63,465 nt of DNA. Source: Octopus bimaculoides (lineage: Eukaryota). The DNA is taken from contig NC_069000.1 of assembly GCF_001194135.2 (NCBI RefSeq), forward strand, positions 28,434,987 to 28,498,451. The letters are read 5' to 3'. Numbering within the stretch: position 1 is the first letter of the stretch; each line of letters begins with the position of its first letter. Under the pieces are notes generated by a model, which was not told the DNA's origin, ran no database searches, and saw nothing but the letters and a program-made list of their open reading frames with translations. This document shows, one piece after another, positions 36,554 through 49,299 of the stretch. Both the position numbers and the translations under genes were made by a program.

Positions 36554-36602
36554 TTTGTTATATTTCTGCTGCTTTTAAATAAAGTATATATATATATATA
36601 TA

Positions 36603-37842
36603 TAGGGACATTCCATAAATAATGCATTTTTTAATACTTCTTTTACTTTTCAAAATTAAGATAAACAAAGTTCTTTTTTAATCTAAAATATACTCTCCTT
36701 CATTTTCTACAATACTCTTCCATCTATCTAGTAGACTTGCAAGGTCCCTCTTCCAAAAATCACTTGTCCGTGAGGAAAAATACTCCTCAGTACTGTTCTG
36801 ACCAAATGATTTTGAAGACTGCAGAATAAATGATAATCAGATAGTGCAATGTCAAGGGAATATGGTGGGTGGGGCATCGTTTCCCATTCAGACTGCTCCA
36901 GCCTTTGGAATGTTATCCTCACTGTATGTGATCGAGCAATATCCTAATGGAAGAACACCTTTTGTTTTGAAACCAAAGATGGTCATTTTTCTTCTAGTGC
37001 TGACTTAAGCTGCTCAAGCTGTTCGCAGTAGATCTCCTTTGTTATCGTTTGGTTTGGGTTTAAAAGTTCAAAGTGGACTAAACCTTTCATATCCCATCAA
37101 ACAGATAACAACACCTTATGTGGATGAAGACCTTCTTTAGCCTGGAGTGCTGGTGTTTCTCCTTTCTTTACTCACTGTCTTTGGCACTTGACATTTTTAT
37201 AGAGAACCCATTTCTCCTCACCAGTCACTATTCAGTTAAAAAAAGATTCATTCATGAGACATAGCAACAAGGAAGAGCACATGATCAGACTTGGAAACTT
37301 TGTGAGGTACCCATTGACCCAATTTTCTGACTTTTCCGATGACATGCAAGTGTTGATGAGTGGTTGAATAACCAAATTCAAGTTTATCTGCTAGTTTCTC
37401 AACAGTTACAATGGGATTTTGTTCCACCAGGGTTTGCAGCATGTCCTCATCGAGCTCTACAGTTCTTCAAGGACAAGGCTAATCTTTAAGGTTGTAGTTT
37501 CCGGCTCAGAATTTCTAGAAACACTGTTGACCTTGGCTTATGCTTATTGTCTGATCCCCATATACTGCATTAATATTCCTCACATTTTCCATTGCCTTGT
37601 TGTCTTTATTGAATTCATAAAGCAAAATATGCTGAATATGTTCCTTTGCCTCTTCCATTATAGCTTTGAAAAAATAACTGTTAAAATTGAACTGAACTCT
37701 TCAAAACTCACACTAAGAATATGGACAAGGCAAAATTACTACCTGCTTTTACAGCAAATTGATGCAGGTAGTTTATTCTGTCCCACTCCAATTTTTAGTT
37801 CATGTAATTGAAAAAAACTGCATTATTTATGGTATGACCCAA
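36603..37842 (-). mobile_element. Decayed full-length mariner transposon
   Basis: TIRs TAGGGACATTCCATAAATAATGC and rc TTGGGTCATACCATAAATAATGC, TA-flanked; WVPH and HPPYSLDIALSDYHLF motifs. Confidence 0.9.
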
Positions 37843-38694
37843 TACATACACATACACACACATGTATATATATGCTTACACATATATAAGTTTTTATCTT
37901 CACATAGCTTCAAAGCTTTGAGTCTTATTTCACAGAGATAATGGTTATTGTTCAATAATCTTCCAGATATGACAATCAGGACAAAAATAAAAAATAAAAA
38001 TAAAATCTTGTTGAGATTTTGAAGTTCATATTAGTAAAGAAGGACCAACTTGAATTTATTAATCTTATAATGTAATCTCCTCTCACAGCCCACTTATATC
38101 ACAATTTATACATAAGTGATCTATCTTAAATCAAGTACAAGTTTTCGTTATTGGTATTTCAACAACTTATCAGCTCTGATCAAAGATATCTCCATCCATG
38201 ACAATCATCTCTTTTCTTGTATAGTTAGGCCTATTCATTCTAATGTATTTCTCCTTGCCCATTCCTAAGACAGGCTGAATATGATTTGAAGAAGATTTGG
38301 CTTTGCTGTTTCTATCAAGCAAGCCAAGTGGCCATATGAAAGCTGTTTCAGTTCATGATTTGGTGTTATATAAGTGGTGTTTAAACAGAGTATTCATAGA
38401 TTAGTTGAATTGTAGCAATGAACAACTACAGTGGTCAAATCTGCTTGTCCATCCATTGAAATGAATAAGAATGGTTTTTCTGATAATTTTCCCACTGTAA
38501 TAATTAGATGTTTACAAATTATATGAATGTGTGTGTGTGTGTATGTGTGTGCTCAATTTTCTAATGGAATGCAGATGCAGACATTTAAACCAAGTTTCAA
38601 TAACTCATTGTAAAGAAAAATTGCCCTTCATAAAATATAGAATATGTTTATTGGACCCGTTTTCAAATATTTCAAAGAATCATATATACATATA

Positions 38695-38753
<59 letters not shown>

Positions 38754-38810
38754 GCACGTGTGTGTGTGAAAATATATACATATACATCCATACATAATAT
38801 ATATACACAC

Positions 38811-38825
<15 letters not shown>

Positions 38826-38846
<21 letters not shown>

Positions 38847-39002
38847 GGAGTAAGCACATGAAATGTGCAACAAGGTGGAAAAAAGAGTACTCAAATACCA
38901 GAGGTAGAGTAATATGCTTTGTTTAAAAGCAGCAGAAATATAACAAAAGACTGTTACTCTGAGTTTCCCGTTCCCGTTCATCGCACAGTTTTAACAAAAC
39001 TG
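38826..39002. mobile_element. Second copy of the Penelope-like terminal repeat, running into the gap at its palindrome centre
   Basis: High similarity to 36364-36503; ends acagttttaacaaaactg-NNN; hammerhead core here is GCGATGA with a stem II mismatch. Confidence 0.6.
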
Positions 39003-39575
39003 NNNNNNNNNNNNNNNNNNNNNNNNNNNNNNNNNNNNNNNNNNNNNNNNNNNNNNNNNNNNNNNNNNNNNNNNNNNNNNNNNNNNNNNNNNNNNNNNNN
39101 NNNNNNNNNNNNNNNNNNNNNNNNNNNNNNNNNNNNNNNNNNNNNNNNNNNNNNNNNNNNNNNNNNNNNNNNNNNNNNNNNNNNNNNNNNNNNNNNNNNN
39201 NNNNNNNNNNNNNNNNNNNNNNNNNNNNNNNNNNNNNNNNNNNNNNNNNNNNNNNNNNNNNNNNNNNNNNNNNNNNNNNNNNNNNNNNNNNNNNNNNNNN
39301 NNNNNNNNNNNNNNNNNNNNNNNNNNNNNNNNNNNNNNNNNNNNNNNNNNNNNNNNNNNNNNNNNNNNNNNNNNNNNNNNNNNNNNNNNNNNNNNNNNNN
39401 NNNNNNNNNNNNNNNNNNNNNNNNNNNNNNNNNNNNNNNNNNNNNNNNNNNNNNNNNNNNNNNNNNNNNNNNNNNNNNNNNNNNNNNNNNNNNNNNNNNN
39501 NNNNNNNNNNNNNNNNNNNNNNNNNNNNNNNNNNNNNNNNNNNNNNNNNNNNNNNNNNNNNNNNNNNNNNNNNNN
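39003..39575. other. Assembly gap (N run)
   Basis: N bases. Confidence 1.
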
Positions 39576-39974
39576 CACTCTTTTAAACTTCTGAGTAGAT
39601 ATTTCTCCCAGCGTTCACTATTTTTCTTTTGTTCTGGTCTAACAACCCTCCATGTTTGTTTTCTTTTAGTTTCCTTGTATGTCTCCACTGTCATTTTTTT
39701 GTTCCCAGCTTTGACCCTTCTTAAATCCTAAATTTTATTTTAGAATATATGGGAGCAACTGTCTTTGAAGACTCATATTGTCATTGAATGCTCAAAATGA
39801 GGAGTAGATAGACAGCCGACAGCTGATGAAGCATTCTTTCTATATGTTTACTTGTCTTGTTTTCCATTTTTTCTTGTTTATGTATTTCATGTTATTTGCA
39901 CCCATATATGATATATATATATATATATATATGTATGTATAAATATGCATGTATATCTATGTGTATGTGCATAT

Positions 39975-40280
39975 GATATATATCTTGGGCAAGTATCTTC
40001 TACTATAGCCTCAGGCTGACCAAAGCTTTGCGAGTGGATCATGCAGAGGGAAACTGAAAGAAACCCATTATATATAAATATGCATATGTCTGTGTGTGTC
40101 TATGTGTTTTTGTCCCTCACCACCACTTGACAACTGGTGTTGGTTTGTTTACGTACCCATAAGTGAGAATAAGGCTATAAAGATAATTATTATAGTTGAT
40201 TCATTTAACTAAATGAACACCTTCAGGATGGTGCTTCAGCATGACCATAATCTAATGACTGAAACAAGTAAAAGATAAAA
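39975..40280 (+). mobile_element. SINE family 2, 5'-truncated
   Basis: ttgggcaagtatcttctactatagcctc...gactgaaacaagtaaaagataaaa. Confidence 0.7.
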
Positions 40281-41288
40281 GATATGCATGCACACACACA
40301 TTATATATATGCATGCATGTGTTTGTTACTGTCTTATAGCTTTGACTTTGCATGATAGTTGTAAAAACGTGTCACTATCATGCAAGAAGTGTTTTCCATT
40401 TCCAATCTTCCATGAAAACTTTTTGTCATGGGGAAATTTTACCTTGCATGGAAACAGGTGCAGTTTGATGACAGAAGGAGCATTCAGTTGTGGAAAATCT
40501 GACAATAAATTCTGTCTGACCCACTTGAGCACGGAAAAGTGGACATTAAAACAATGACAACAATGGTGATGTTAATATATATATATATCCTCAAGGGCAT
40601 ATACAATTACTCTTTTCATTCCATTCTATTACTCAAAGATTCAGCTTCTGAAGACAATTTTTGAATTGTTTACATAAATTAACAAAATGCTATCAAATTA
40701 TATATTTCTCTGTATGAGGAAAGAATCACAAATTTCTTGGTTCTTTTTTTTTTTTTAGTTTTGTCTTTTTTATTGAATTATTTATTTTGCCCAATCCTTT
40801 CTATTTACTTACTGTCTTTTCTTTTTGTATTTTTTTTCTTTTTTGATATTATCATTAGTAGTATTAGTATTTCAGAAGTTTTGATAATCCTGTTTGGGAG
40901 TCAAAATCTACTTCAATAACAAAAAGCAGATATTGCAGGAGATATGAAAAAAAAAATTTTCTGGAAACTTCTTGTCTTTTCTCTTATTATTTTGTAGATT
41001 TAATTTTACTCCTCAAAACATTTTTTTTATTATACTTCAGTGATATGATATTTATAAAAGATGACAATGATGATTATGATGATGAAGATGATGGGGATGA
41101 TATGAGAATGATGATGATGTGTTTAAAACTGTTACAAGGTGTAACCTGTATGTTTTGCTTTCAAATTCTGAACAAGCTGTGTAGGTTATGTTACATTACA
41201 AGTCATGCAACACACACATGTACATTGTTGAACATTCTTTGGGTTAGGATAATAAATTCTTGGTAAGAACTATAAAGTTGATTAACCC

Positions 41289-41437
41289 TCAACAAACATT
41301 TTCTTCTAATATAGGAGTGTCTGTATTTAGTGTCTGCATACTTGGTTTTGAATTGGACAAACTGTATGCTGAAGAAATGAGTTCTTTATCGGGTATGGAT
41401 GGCGATTTCTTCAAAGGAGAAAATTCCAGAGTGCCTT
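41289..41437 (-). CDS. ihog: Ihog/CDON-like receptor, terminal coding exon
   Basis: tttaatttcag| phase-1 acceptor; open frame (E)GTLEFSPLKKSPSIPDKELISS...PILEENVC* in phase with the upstream exon. Confidence 0.72.
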
Positions 41438-42751
41438 CTGAAATTAAAAAGAAATTATAAAATTATAAATTATAAAATTTTATAAAATTATAAAATTTGA
41501 AATTAAGAAAATATAACAATGCTACAATTACAACAAATACCTTTACTGAGGTAACCTACAATTGGCTGATGTGAACATCTTGTCTAATTTACAGTTGGCT
41601 AAAATGTCTTACAAACAGCAAAGGTAATCTGGCAATGACGGCTCAATGAAAGGGAATAATGAAAGAAAGAAGGAAAGGAATCACCCTGAAACTAGAGGCC
41701 TAGACTTAGAGTAAAGACACCGAAAGGTCAGGTGATGGTTAAACTGGGCAACTGTTTAGTTGCTGGTGAATGAAAAATGCAAAAAGGAATTGGAGTTCCA
41801 AATAGTAGATTCAGTAAAAGGGTATGTGTGTGTGTGTTAAGATGCATTAAAATCAGAGGACAAAAGACATATTTTCTGCAGTATATCAAAACTACTAAAG
41901 GTCAATTTACAGTTTCTTCATGAGAAAGAGCTGATGCAAGCACAATCCACTAGGTGACTAATATTTGTGTGTATGAATGTTGGAGCACAAATCAGCTGAG
42001 AGAAAAATTGAACAGAGGAGGAATCAGATATAGTGTCAAAACTGTTATTATGGGCATGTGTTGAATCTGGAGGAGGAGAGCTCTGTAAAGAAGTGCCATA
42101 TGTTCAAAACAAATAGAACCTGTAGAAGAGAGAGACCAAGGAAGACATGGGACAAAGTGATGAAAACAGACCTGAAGCTGTTGCATCTCACAGAAGAAAT
42201 GATGAAGCATTGTGCTGATGGGGACATGCTGTGTAAGAAAAGACCTGCCTGTTTAGAAACAGATGTTTAAGCTTGTATAAATGGCAAAATAGAGGTTTAA
42301 ATTTCTGTATATGTAGGTGTATATGAGTATATATAGGCACATACTGTTAGGTTATGGTACATACAAAAATTTGTGTGTGCGTGTGTGTGTATATACTGTC
42401 AAGACTCTAGCTTTAGTTTCTTGATAGCCTCTCATCCCTCTAACACACCTACCATTTGCCCCTCTTAGTCATTCTATCACTCATTTGTCTGTTATCCGTG
42501 CTATTGTTACCCATATTTCTGTTGCCCTCATTTTTATCACTTATGCCCTTATAACTCATATTCTGATCACAATCTCCTCTTCATCCTCTCCTGCTACTAT
42601 ACCGCAAATGTTGTGAAGGATAATAGTGGATCTTTTGCGTTCTGTATATTGCTTCCAGTACAACTCAAGATGCCATAAGACATATCTATTCTCTTTCCAA
42701 AACTTCACAGCTTTTTCTCTTATCTCTAACACCTTAGCTCTCTAACCCTTT

Positions 42752-42798
<47 letters not shown>

Positions 42799-43039
42799 AG
42801 ATAAATAAAAATGAAAATGCCACTATAAAAAAATTTTTTGGGGGGGTTTTTACATTACATGTTTTGGTTTTTTTGAAAAACCTTATCAAAAATGAGTACA
42901 AAATATGTGAGAAGAGAAGAGGGCTATTAATAAAATAAAATTGAAATTAAAATTAAGAATGACATTCATAGTTTACTGTTATTTCTAGCATGCGCACATG
43001 GTCCTTTCCTTCTGTTCTGAAGGCATGGTAATTTCAACT

Positions 43040-43975
43040 CGCTATGGAGATCGGACAATAAGTGTAAGCCAGTGTTAATGGTGGTTCCAGAAATTCTGAG
43101 CCGGAAACTACAACCTAGAAAACAAGCCTCGTCCTGGAAGGGCTATAGAGCTTGATGAGGACGTCTTGCAAACCCTGGAGGAACAAAATCCCATCATAAC
43201 TGTTGAGGAACTAGCAGAGAAGCTTGGATTTGGTCATTCAGGCATTCATTGACACCTGTGTGCAATTGGAAAAGTCAGCAAATTGGGTCAATAGGTTCCT
43301 CACAAAGTTTCCAAGTCTAATCGAACACAGAGAGTGAATGTGTGCTCTTCTTTGCAGTCACATCTCATGAATGAACCAGTGATGAGAAATGGGTTCTCTA
43401 TAAAGATGTTAAGCGCTGAAGGCAGTGAGAAACACCAGCACCCAAGGTCTTCATCCACGTAAGGTGTTGTTATCTGTTTGGTGGGTTATGAAAGGTTTAG
43501 TCCACTTTGAACTATCAAACAAAAACCAAATGATAACAAAGGAGATCTACTGTGAGCAGCTTGAGCTACTTAAGTCAGTGCTAGAAGAAAAACGACCATC
43601 TTTGGTGTCAAGACGAAAGGTGTTCTTCCATCAGGATATTCCTCGGCCACATACAGCAAGGATGACATTCCAAAGGCTGGAGCAGTTTGAATGAGAAACA
43701 ATGCCCCACCCACCATATTCCTTGGACATTGCTCCATCTGATTATCATTTATTCCACAGTCTTCAAAATCATTTGGATGGAAAAAATATGAATTTCGTAG
43801 ACGAGGCCAGAATATTACTGGAGGAATATTTTTCTTCACAGAGAACTGATTTTTGAAAGAGGGACCTTGCAAGTCTACCAGATAGATGGTAGAGTATTGA
43901 AGAAAATGAAGGAGAGTATATTTTAGACTAAAAAAGAACTTTGTTTATCTTAATTTTGTAAAATAAAAGAAGTAC
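43040..43975 (+). mobile_element. Mariner fragment, same family as 36603-37842, TIRs not seen
   Basis: GLHPRKVLLSVWW, FFHQDIPRPHTAR, DIAPSDYHLF. Confidence 0.85.
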
Positions 43976-44358
43976 AAATAATGATGTCGTTTAAGGGAGA
44001 TCTTTTTAGAGACAGTGTATCTATCTAGGACTATATTATCTTTGCATTTTTTTTAAAGATAGTAATTTGAGTGATTTGACAGTTATTTCTAGTAGATCAG
44101 CTGAACATTCACTTATTTTCTCATTGGCTTAAATACCGGTGCAAATGCCAACAGAGACTGACTAGAGACAGACTAAAGAAATGGAAACTGGATAATCACC
44201 AGAACTACTTAGTTATCATTTTAGCATTCCTACCAGTGGATGACAGATGCCTGTTTCTAACTAATGTAACCACTCTGAGGTCTGGATCAAGTAAGCTCTC
44301 CAGTCTATGACCAGACCATAATCTTGCTTGAAAAGAAATAAGAAGAATTGTAACTTAC

Positions 44359-44721
44359 CATTACTACTGAGGTCAGTGTTGGTGGCTTGGTCTCGTGTTG
44401 AGTGTTCATATGTATACTGCCTCTGTCGTTTCTTCTTAGGTTTTGAGTTGTGTGAGTTCATTATGAGAAAGTTATCAGAAGGTTGTGAATGTTCATTAGT
44501 ATTTGGAACCATAGAATTCTCTTGTGGATGGAATAAACAATTGTTACTTGACATAGTGGGCATGTTTTCATATGAGCCACAGCTGTGATTGACACTGTTT
44601 GAAGAGGACATCAAATGTCCTGGTTTATTACCTGGCAGTATACGCTCTAGACCATTTAAAGAACCACCAGGTTTCAGTTTTTCTAATTTAGTGCAATTAG
44701 CATGCTGATGGTTATTTGTTC
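44359..44721 (-). CDS. ihog: Ihog/CDON-like receptor, cytoplasmic exon
   Basis: tctttcag|GA acceptor, G|GTAAGT donor, 363 nt, phase 1-1, fully open (TNNHQHANC...DQATNTDLSSN). Confidence 0.8.
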
Positions 44722-44752
44722 CTGAAAGATTTCATAAGTATCTCTTTAGAAT

Positions 44753-44763
44753 TGAGAGAGAGA

Positions 44764-44847
<84 letters not shown>
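44753..44847. repeat. (GA)n microsatellite, reads (CT)n just upstream of the exon acceptor on the gene strand
   Basis: Directly visible. Confidence 0.95.
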
Positions 44848-44851
<4 letters not shown>

Positions 44852-45774
44852 CAATATACTTTTCTATTGCAGAAGATGAAATAATAGGGATGAATTTGAT
44901 GAAGGTTATGAAATGAAACACTTTATAAAGAGAACTTGATAATTTAAGTGTAAATGAAAATTTTTCCCATTAGAAATAATGATTTATTTCACAATTAATC
45001 AATTGGAAAGTTTGAAGAATTTATCTTCCTGATATAAGGACATGATTTTGTTCAAAAACTGAATTTAACCACTTTTAATCTGAGTATAGGCATGTAGGAA
45101 GAAATAATTTGCTAAGTATTTCATTGCTCTTTGGTTCCAATTAGTATTAACACAACAATCATTGCCAGCAAAATCACCCTTCGATAAATCTTCTACAAAC
45201 TTTTAGATAGTGACCACCACAACCACCAGAATCACTTCTTGATAAATTATATCTTTCAAATTTTGACCACCACAGATTTTAAAGCAGATTGACATTGCTT
45301 AACACAACACCACCTACAGCTTCATTAATAGACCCCTCCCATTTCATGGTGTTGAATGGCACCAGAATTTGTTTTTTATTTAAGTCAATCAGGGTAAAAG
45401 AGACAGTGTTCATGAGTTTTGCTGTCTTGTTTTCCCAGAATCGTTGGACTGATGGGGCTAATGACCAGCTTAAATATCTGCAGAAAAATATGAGTGGGGA
45501 TTCAAGCTTCTGGTCTGAATGCTGACAACAATGTCAATACAGCTAATGGAACCAAACAACCTGGTGTTAAACTGGGCTGCAGGATTGGTCAACCATTGAA
45601 AATGGAACTATGAGAACAAAAGATTTAGTAATATTAGTTGTTTTTTGAGTTACTATAGTAACATTTTATTGGCATGCAGTATTGAACATTCAAGAGGACA
45701 AAGTCAATAGAAAAAGAAACCATGAAGAAATAGAACTCATGAGCTCCGAAAAGATATGAATCAATAAGACTTAC

Positions 45775-45840
45775 CTGTATGCTTAACTTGCATAATTTGT
45801 GGACTTTTAGACTGATCAATATTATTACAGTTAGAATCTC
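45775..45840 (-). CDS. ihog: Ihog/CDON-like receptor, small cytoplasmic exon (GDSNCNNIDQSKSPQIMQVKHT)
   Basis: cattctgtag| acceptor, CAG|GTAAGT donor, 66 nt, phase 1-1, open. Being symmetric, it could be skipped without frameshift. Confidence 0.62.
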
Positions 45841-46119
45841 CTACAGAATGATTGTACATATCTTCATGTACATGATTGCCAACATGACCAGGATACTAAA
45901 CGAACAAAGGAAAAAAAGAAAAATGAAAAGAATGATTTTGGCAATTAAAAAAAAACAATTTTTCTTTATTAGCTCTATAGCTCAAAGGGATGTATAAAAA
46001 CATGAAGAGATATAAAGCGGGGGGTTTACAAAGAAAAAAAAAAATGGGATAGGGATATATAAGTTATACAAAGACAAGGGGAGAGGTGAAAGATACAATA
46101 TTTTTCAGATTGTGAGCTG

Positions 46120-47260
46120 GCAGAACCAGAGAAGAATTTTCAGGTGAGGAAGCAAGATCTGAAATCAAAAGGGCCTTAGAGTTAATTTAGCAAAGAGCTA
46201 AGTCCTAGTAAGTAGGAAAACAGACAAATCACTTATCCCTTCAGGGAGATGGCCCTGCTTGATATGTAGAAAAGGTGTAGGTAGAAACTCCGTATGGTGT
46301 ACCCAGTGCAAATTATGGATATATAAGCGATGCAACAGTATCATAGGAAGTTCAGCAGAGAAAGTAGTCTTTATATGTGGCAGACGTGCAGGTGCATTAA
46401 ACACCAGGAATGTACAGATCCCCACTCAAATGTCCAGGGGTATCCTTAGAAGTGGTAGACAGTTTCCATTACTTTGGTGACCGAGTTAGCAATGGAGGAG
46501 GTAGTTCCAAAAGTGTAGCTGATAGATTAAGAACAGGCAGGACAAAATTCAGAGAGCTGCTACCTTTGTTGGTAACAAAAGGCCTCTCCCTCAGCATGAA
46601 AGGCGGATTGTATGATGCCTGCGTATAAACAGCTATGCTACATGGCGGTGAGACATGGGCTGTAGCTACTGAGGACATGTGAATGCTTGAAAGAAATGAA
46701 GTCAGCACGCTTCACTGGATGAGCAATGTCAGTGTGCATGTACGACAGGGTGTAAGTGATTTGAGAGAAAAATTGGGTATATGAGGCATCAAATGTAATG
46801 TGCAAGATCCTTCTGCACTGGTATGGTCATGAGATGCACATGGACAAGGACAGCTAAATAAAGAAATGCTGATCTCTAAGTGTGGAGGGAACATGTGGAA
46901 GGGATTGACCCAAGTAGATGTGGGATGAAGTGGTAAGAAAAGATCATCAGATGTTGGGCCTTATAGATGAGATGGCAAGGGACCGAGACTTCTGGCAGTT
47001 TGCTGTGCTTGAGAAGACGGTGTGTCTTCTCAAGTAAAATTCTGGCTATTTATGCATACAGGCATGTCCTCTACATTCCTCACTTAGCCAAAAGATCCTA
47101 GTCTTGTGGGTGCTGGTGCTACATAAAAGCACCCAGTGGTTGGCATTAGGAAGGGCATCCAACTATAGAAACTATGCCAAAATAGATGAATGGAGCCTGG
47201 GCAAACCGTCCAACCCATGCCAGCACAGAAAATGGATATTAAATGATGATGATGATGATG
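46120..47260 (+). mobile_element. 5'-truncated RTE (BovB-like) LINE with (GAT)n tail
   Basis: EVVDSFHYFGD, KFRELLPLL, AMLHGGETWAV; RTE 3' tail at 47100-47260. Confidence 0.85.
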
Positions 47261-48059
47261 ACTTTTGTAAATGTGCAAAGCCTTGGGTAGTTTCAGTTTT
47301 CATTTAAGTAATCTCACTACACAAATTCCTTTCATTTGTATTTTCCAAGATTAGTTCTACAAATTTGTTAGTATGACTAGTGTAAAACTATTTTTAGGCT
47401 AATTAAAGAACTTTAACCACATTTAGACTAGCTAACCTAACTTCTAACTTCCTTCAATCGTTATTCTTTCCTCCACCCCACCCCACACTCCATTCACCTT
47501 CTTTCCTTTTCGAAGTCTCATTCCACACTTTGTTCTCTTTGCTGACTAAAAAATACTTATTCACTTGGGTCAGAGGTTATCTACATAGTTGCAATTTATA
47601 ACTTATCAAAGATACATAACTGCTACTGTTGCAGCAGTAGTAGTAGTAGTAGTGTGAAAATTTACAGTAGATAAGGTATTGATGAACATGAGCATATTAA
47701 AGCTGTCTGTTAACACACATGGATTTCAAAAAATGGGAGAGAGAGAGAGAGAGAAATGGGGAGAAGGAAAGAAAGAGAGAAAGTAAAAGTTTTAGATAGA
47801 TATCTAATAAATTACCATAGGTTTTGAAGATATAGGTGCTGAAGTATAGCCATCAATTAGGTCAGTGACAGTGTAAGACTTTGGTGTTGGTTGTATGGGA
47901 CTGTGTTGACAGTACTGGTTATGGTGGGAATGGTGGGAACCATTACTCAAAGAGCCATTCATTCTGCTCAGTGATTCTTTATAATATGATGCTAAACACG
48001 TTCAAAAGAAAAATATAAACTGTTTAGAATTTTAATTAAAAAACAAATGAAAAAATAAA

Positions 48060-49296
48060 AACAATGATAATAATAACAGCTACAACAACTATAACAATGG
48101 GTTCTGATTAAGGCACAAGGCCAGCAGTTTTAAGAGGAGTGGGTTAGCCAGCAACATCAACTCCTGTACTTGACTAGTACTTTATTTTATTGACTTCAGA
48201 GAGTTGAAAATAGATCTTGATGGTATTTAAACTCAGAATGTAATGAGCTAAAACAAACACTGCAAAGGATTTTTTTCTGACACTTTTCCAATTCTCTCAG
48301 TTCACCATCTTTAATAATAATAATAAATAATAGTTTCAAATTTTGGCTCAAGGCCAGAAAGATTGGGGGTGGGGATGAGTCAATTACATTGATCCCAGTG
48401 CTCAACTACCACTTATTTTATCGACTCTGAAAGGATGAAAGGCAAAGTCGACCTTGGCAGAATTTGAACTCACAACATAAGTATAGATGAAATGTCACTA
48501 AATATTTTGCCCATCATGCTAGTGATTCTGCCAGATTGTTGCATTCAATAATAATGAATCATAATAATAATCAGGACAATATCCAAACTACCATCTGAGA
48601 GTCTGAAGGATACTGAAATTACTAACCTGCAGAAAAATGCGATCTTGTACTCTACAAGAATCCAAAGAAAGATTCTTGAGATTTGAAGAGGTTTGTTGTC
48701 ACCAAACCTCAAGACCACATCCCTGCTAATATAGCATGTAATAATAATAATCCTTTCTAAGAAAGGCACAAGGCCTGAAATTTGGGAGGAGAGGATTAGT
48801 CAATAACATCGACCCCAGTGTTTCACTGATACTTAATTCACAGTGTTTCATTGGTGCTTAATTTATCGACCCCAAAAAGGATGAATATCGACCATGGCAG
48901 AATTTGAACTCAAAATGTAGCAGCAGATGAAACACTGCTAAGCATTTCGCCTGGCATGCTAACAATTCTGCCAGCTCGCTGTTATTATCATCATCATCAT
49001 CATAACAACGACAACAACAACAAATCACGCCATAGCAAATTCAAGATGAGCAACAAGAGAGAGAAAGATGAAGTAAATGAAGGGGAAATAAGAAAGGCAG
49101 ATACAAGTGCGAAGGTAGAACACCAACAAAAATCAGTATTTTGGCACAAGCTAGCAATTTTTGTTGGGGTGGAGTAAAAGTCAATTACATTGACCTCAGT
49201 GTTCAACTGGTACTTATATTGACCCCCGAAAGGATGAATGGCAAATTTGACCCCATTTGAACTCAGAACATAAAGATGGGCAAAATAATGCTAAGG
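48060..49296 (-). mobile_element. Tandem cluster of about 4 co-oriented SINE family 3 copies with (AAT)n spacers
   Basis: Repeated SINE3 bodies near 48100, 48335, 48750 and 49135. Confidence 0.8.
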
Positions 49297-49299
49297 TAA

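Larger units (their letters stand above)
36364..36589. mobile_element. Penelope-like terminal-repeat remnant forming a long inverted repeat, flanked by (TA)n
   Basis: Arms 36422-36503 and 36509-36589 with loop gttag; second family copy at 38826-39002; carries hammerhead-like motifs typical of PLE termini. PLE assignment is inference. Confidence 0.6.

Noticed and set aside
45167-45610. Possible extra receptor exon downstream of 45775
   Set aside because: The phase-1 acceptors tested lead to early stops; the model closes without it.
48605-48725. Possible extra receptor exon (minus strand, AG...GTTAGT)
   Set aside because: The frame required by the phase-1 TM exon hits TGA within five codons.
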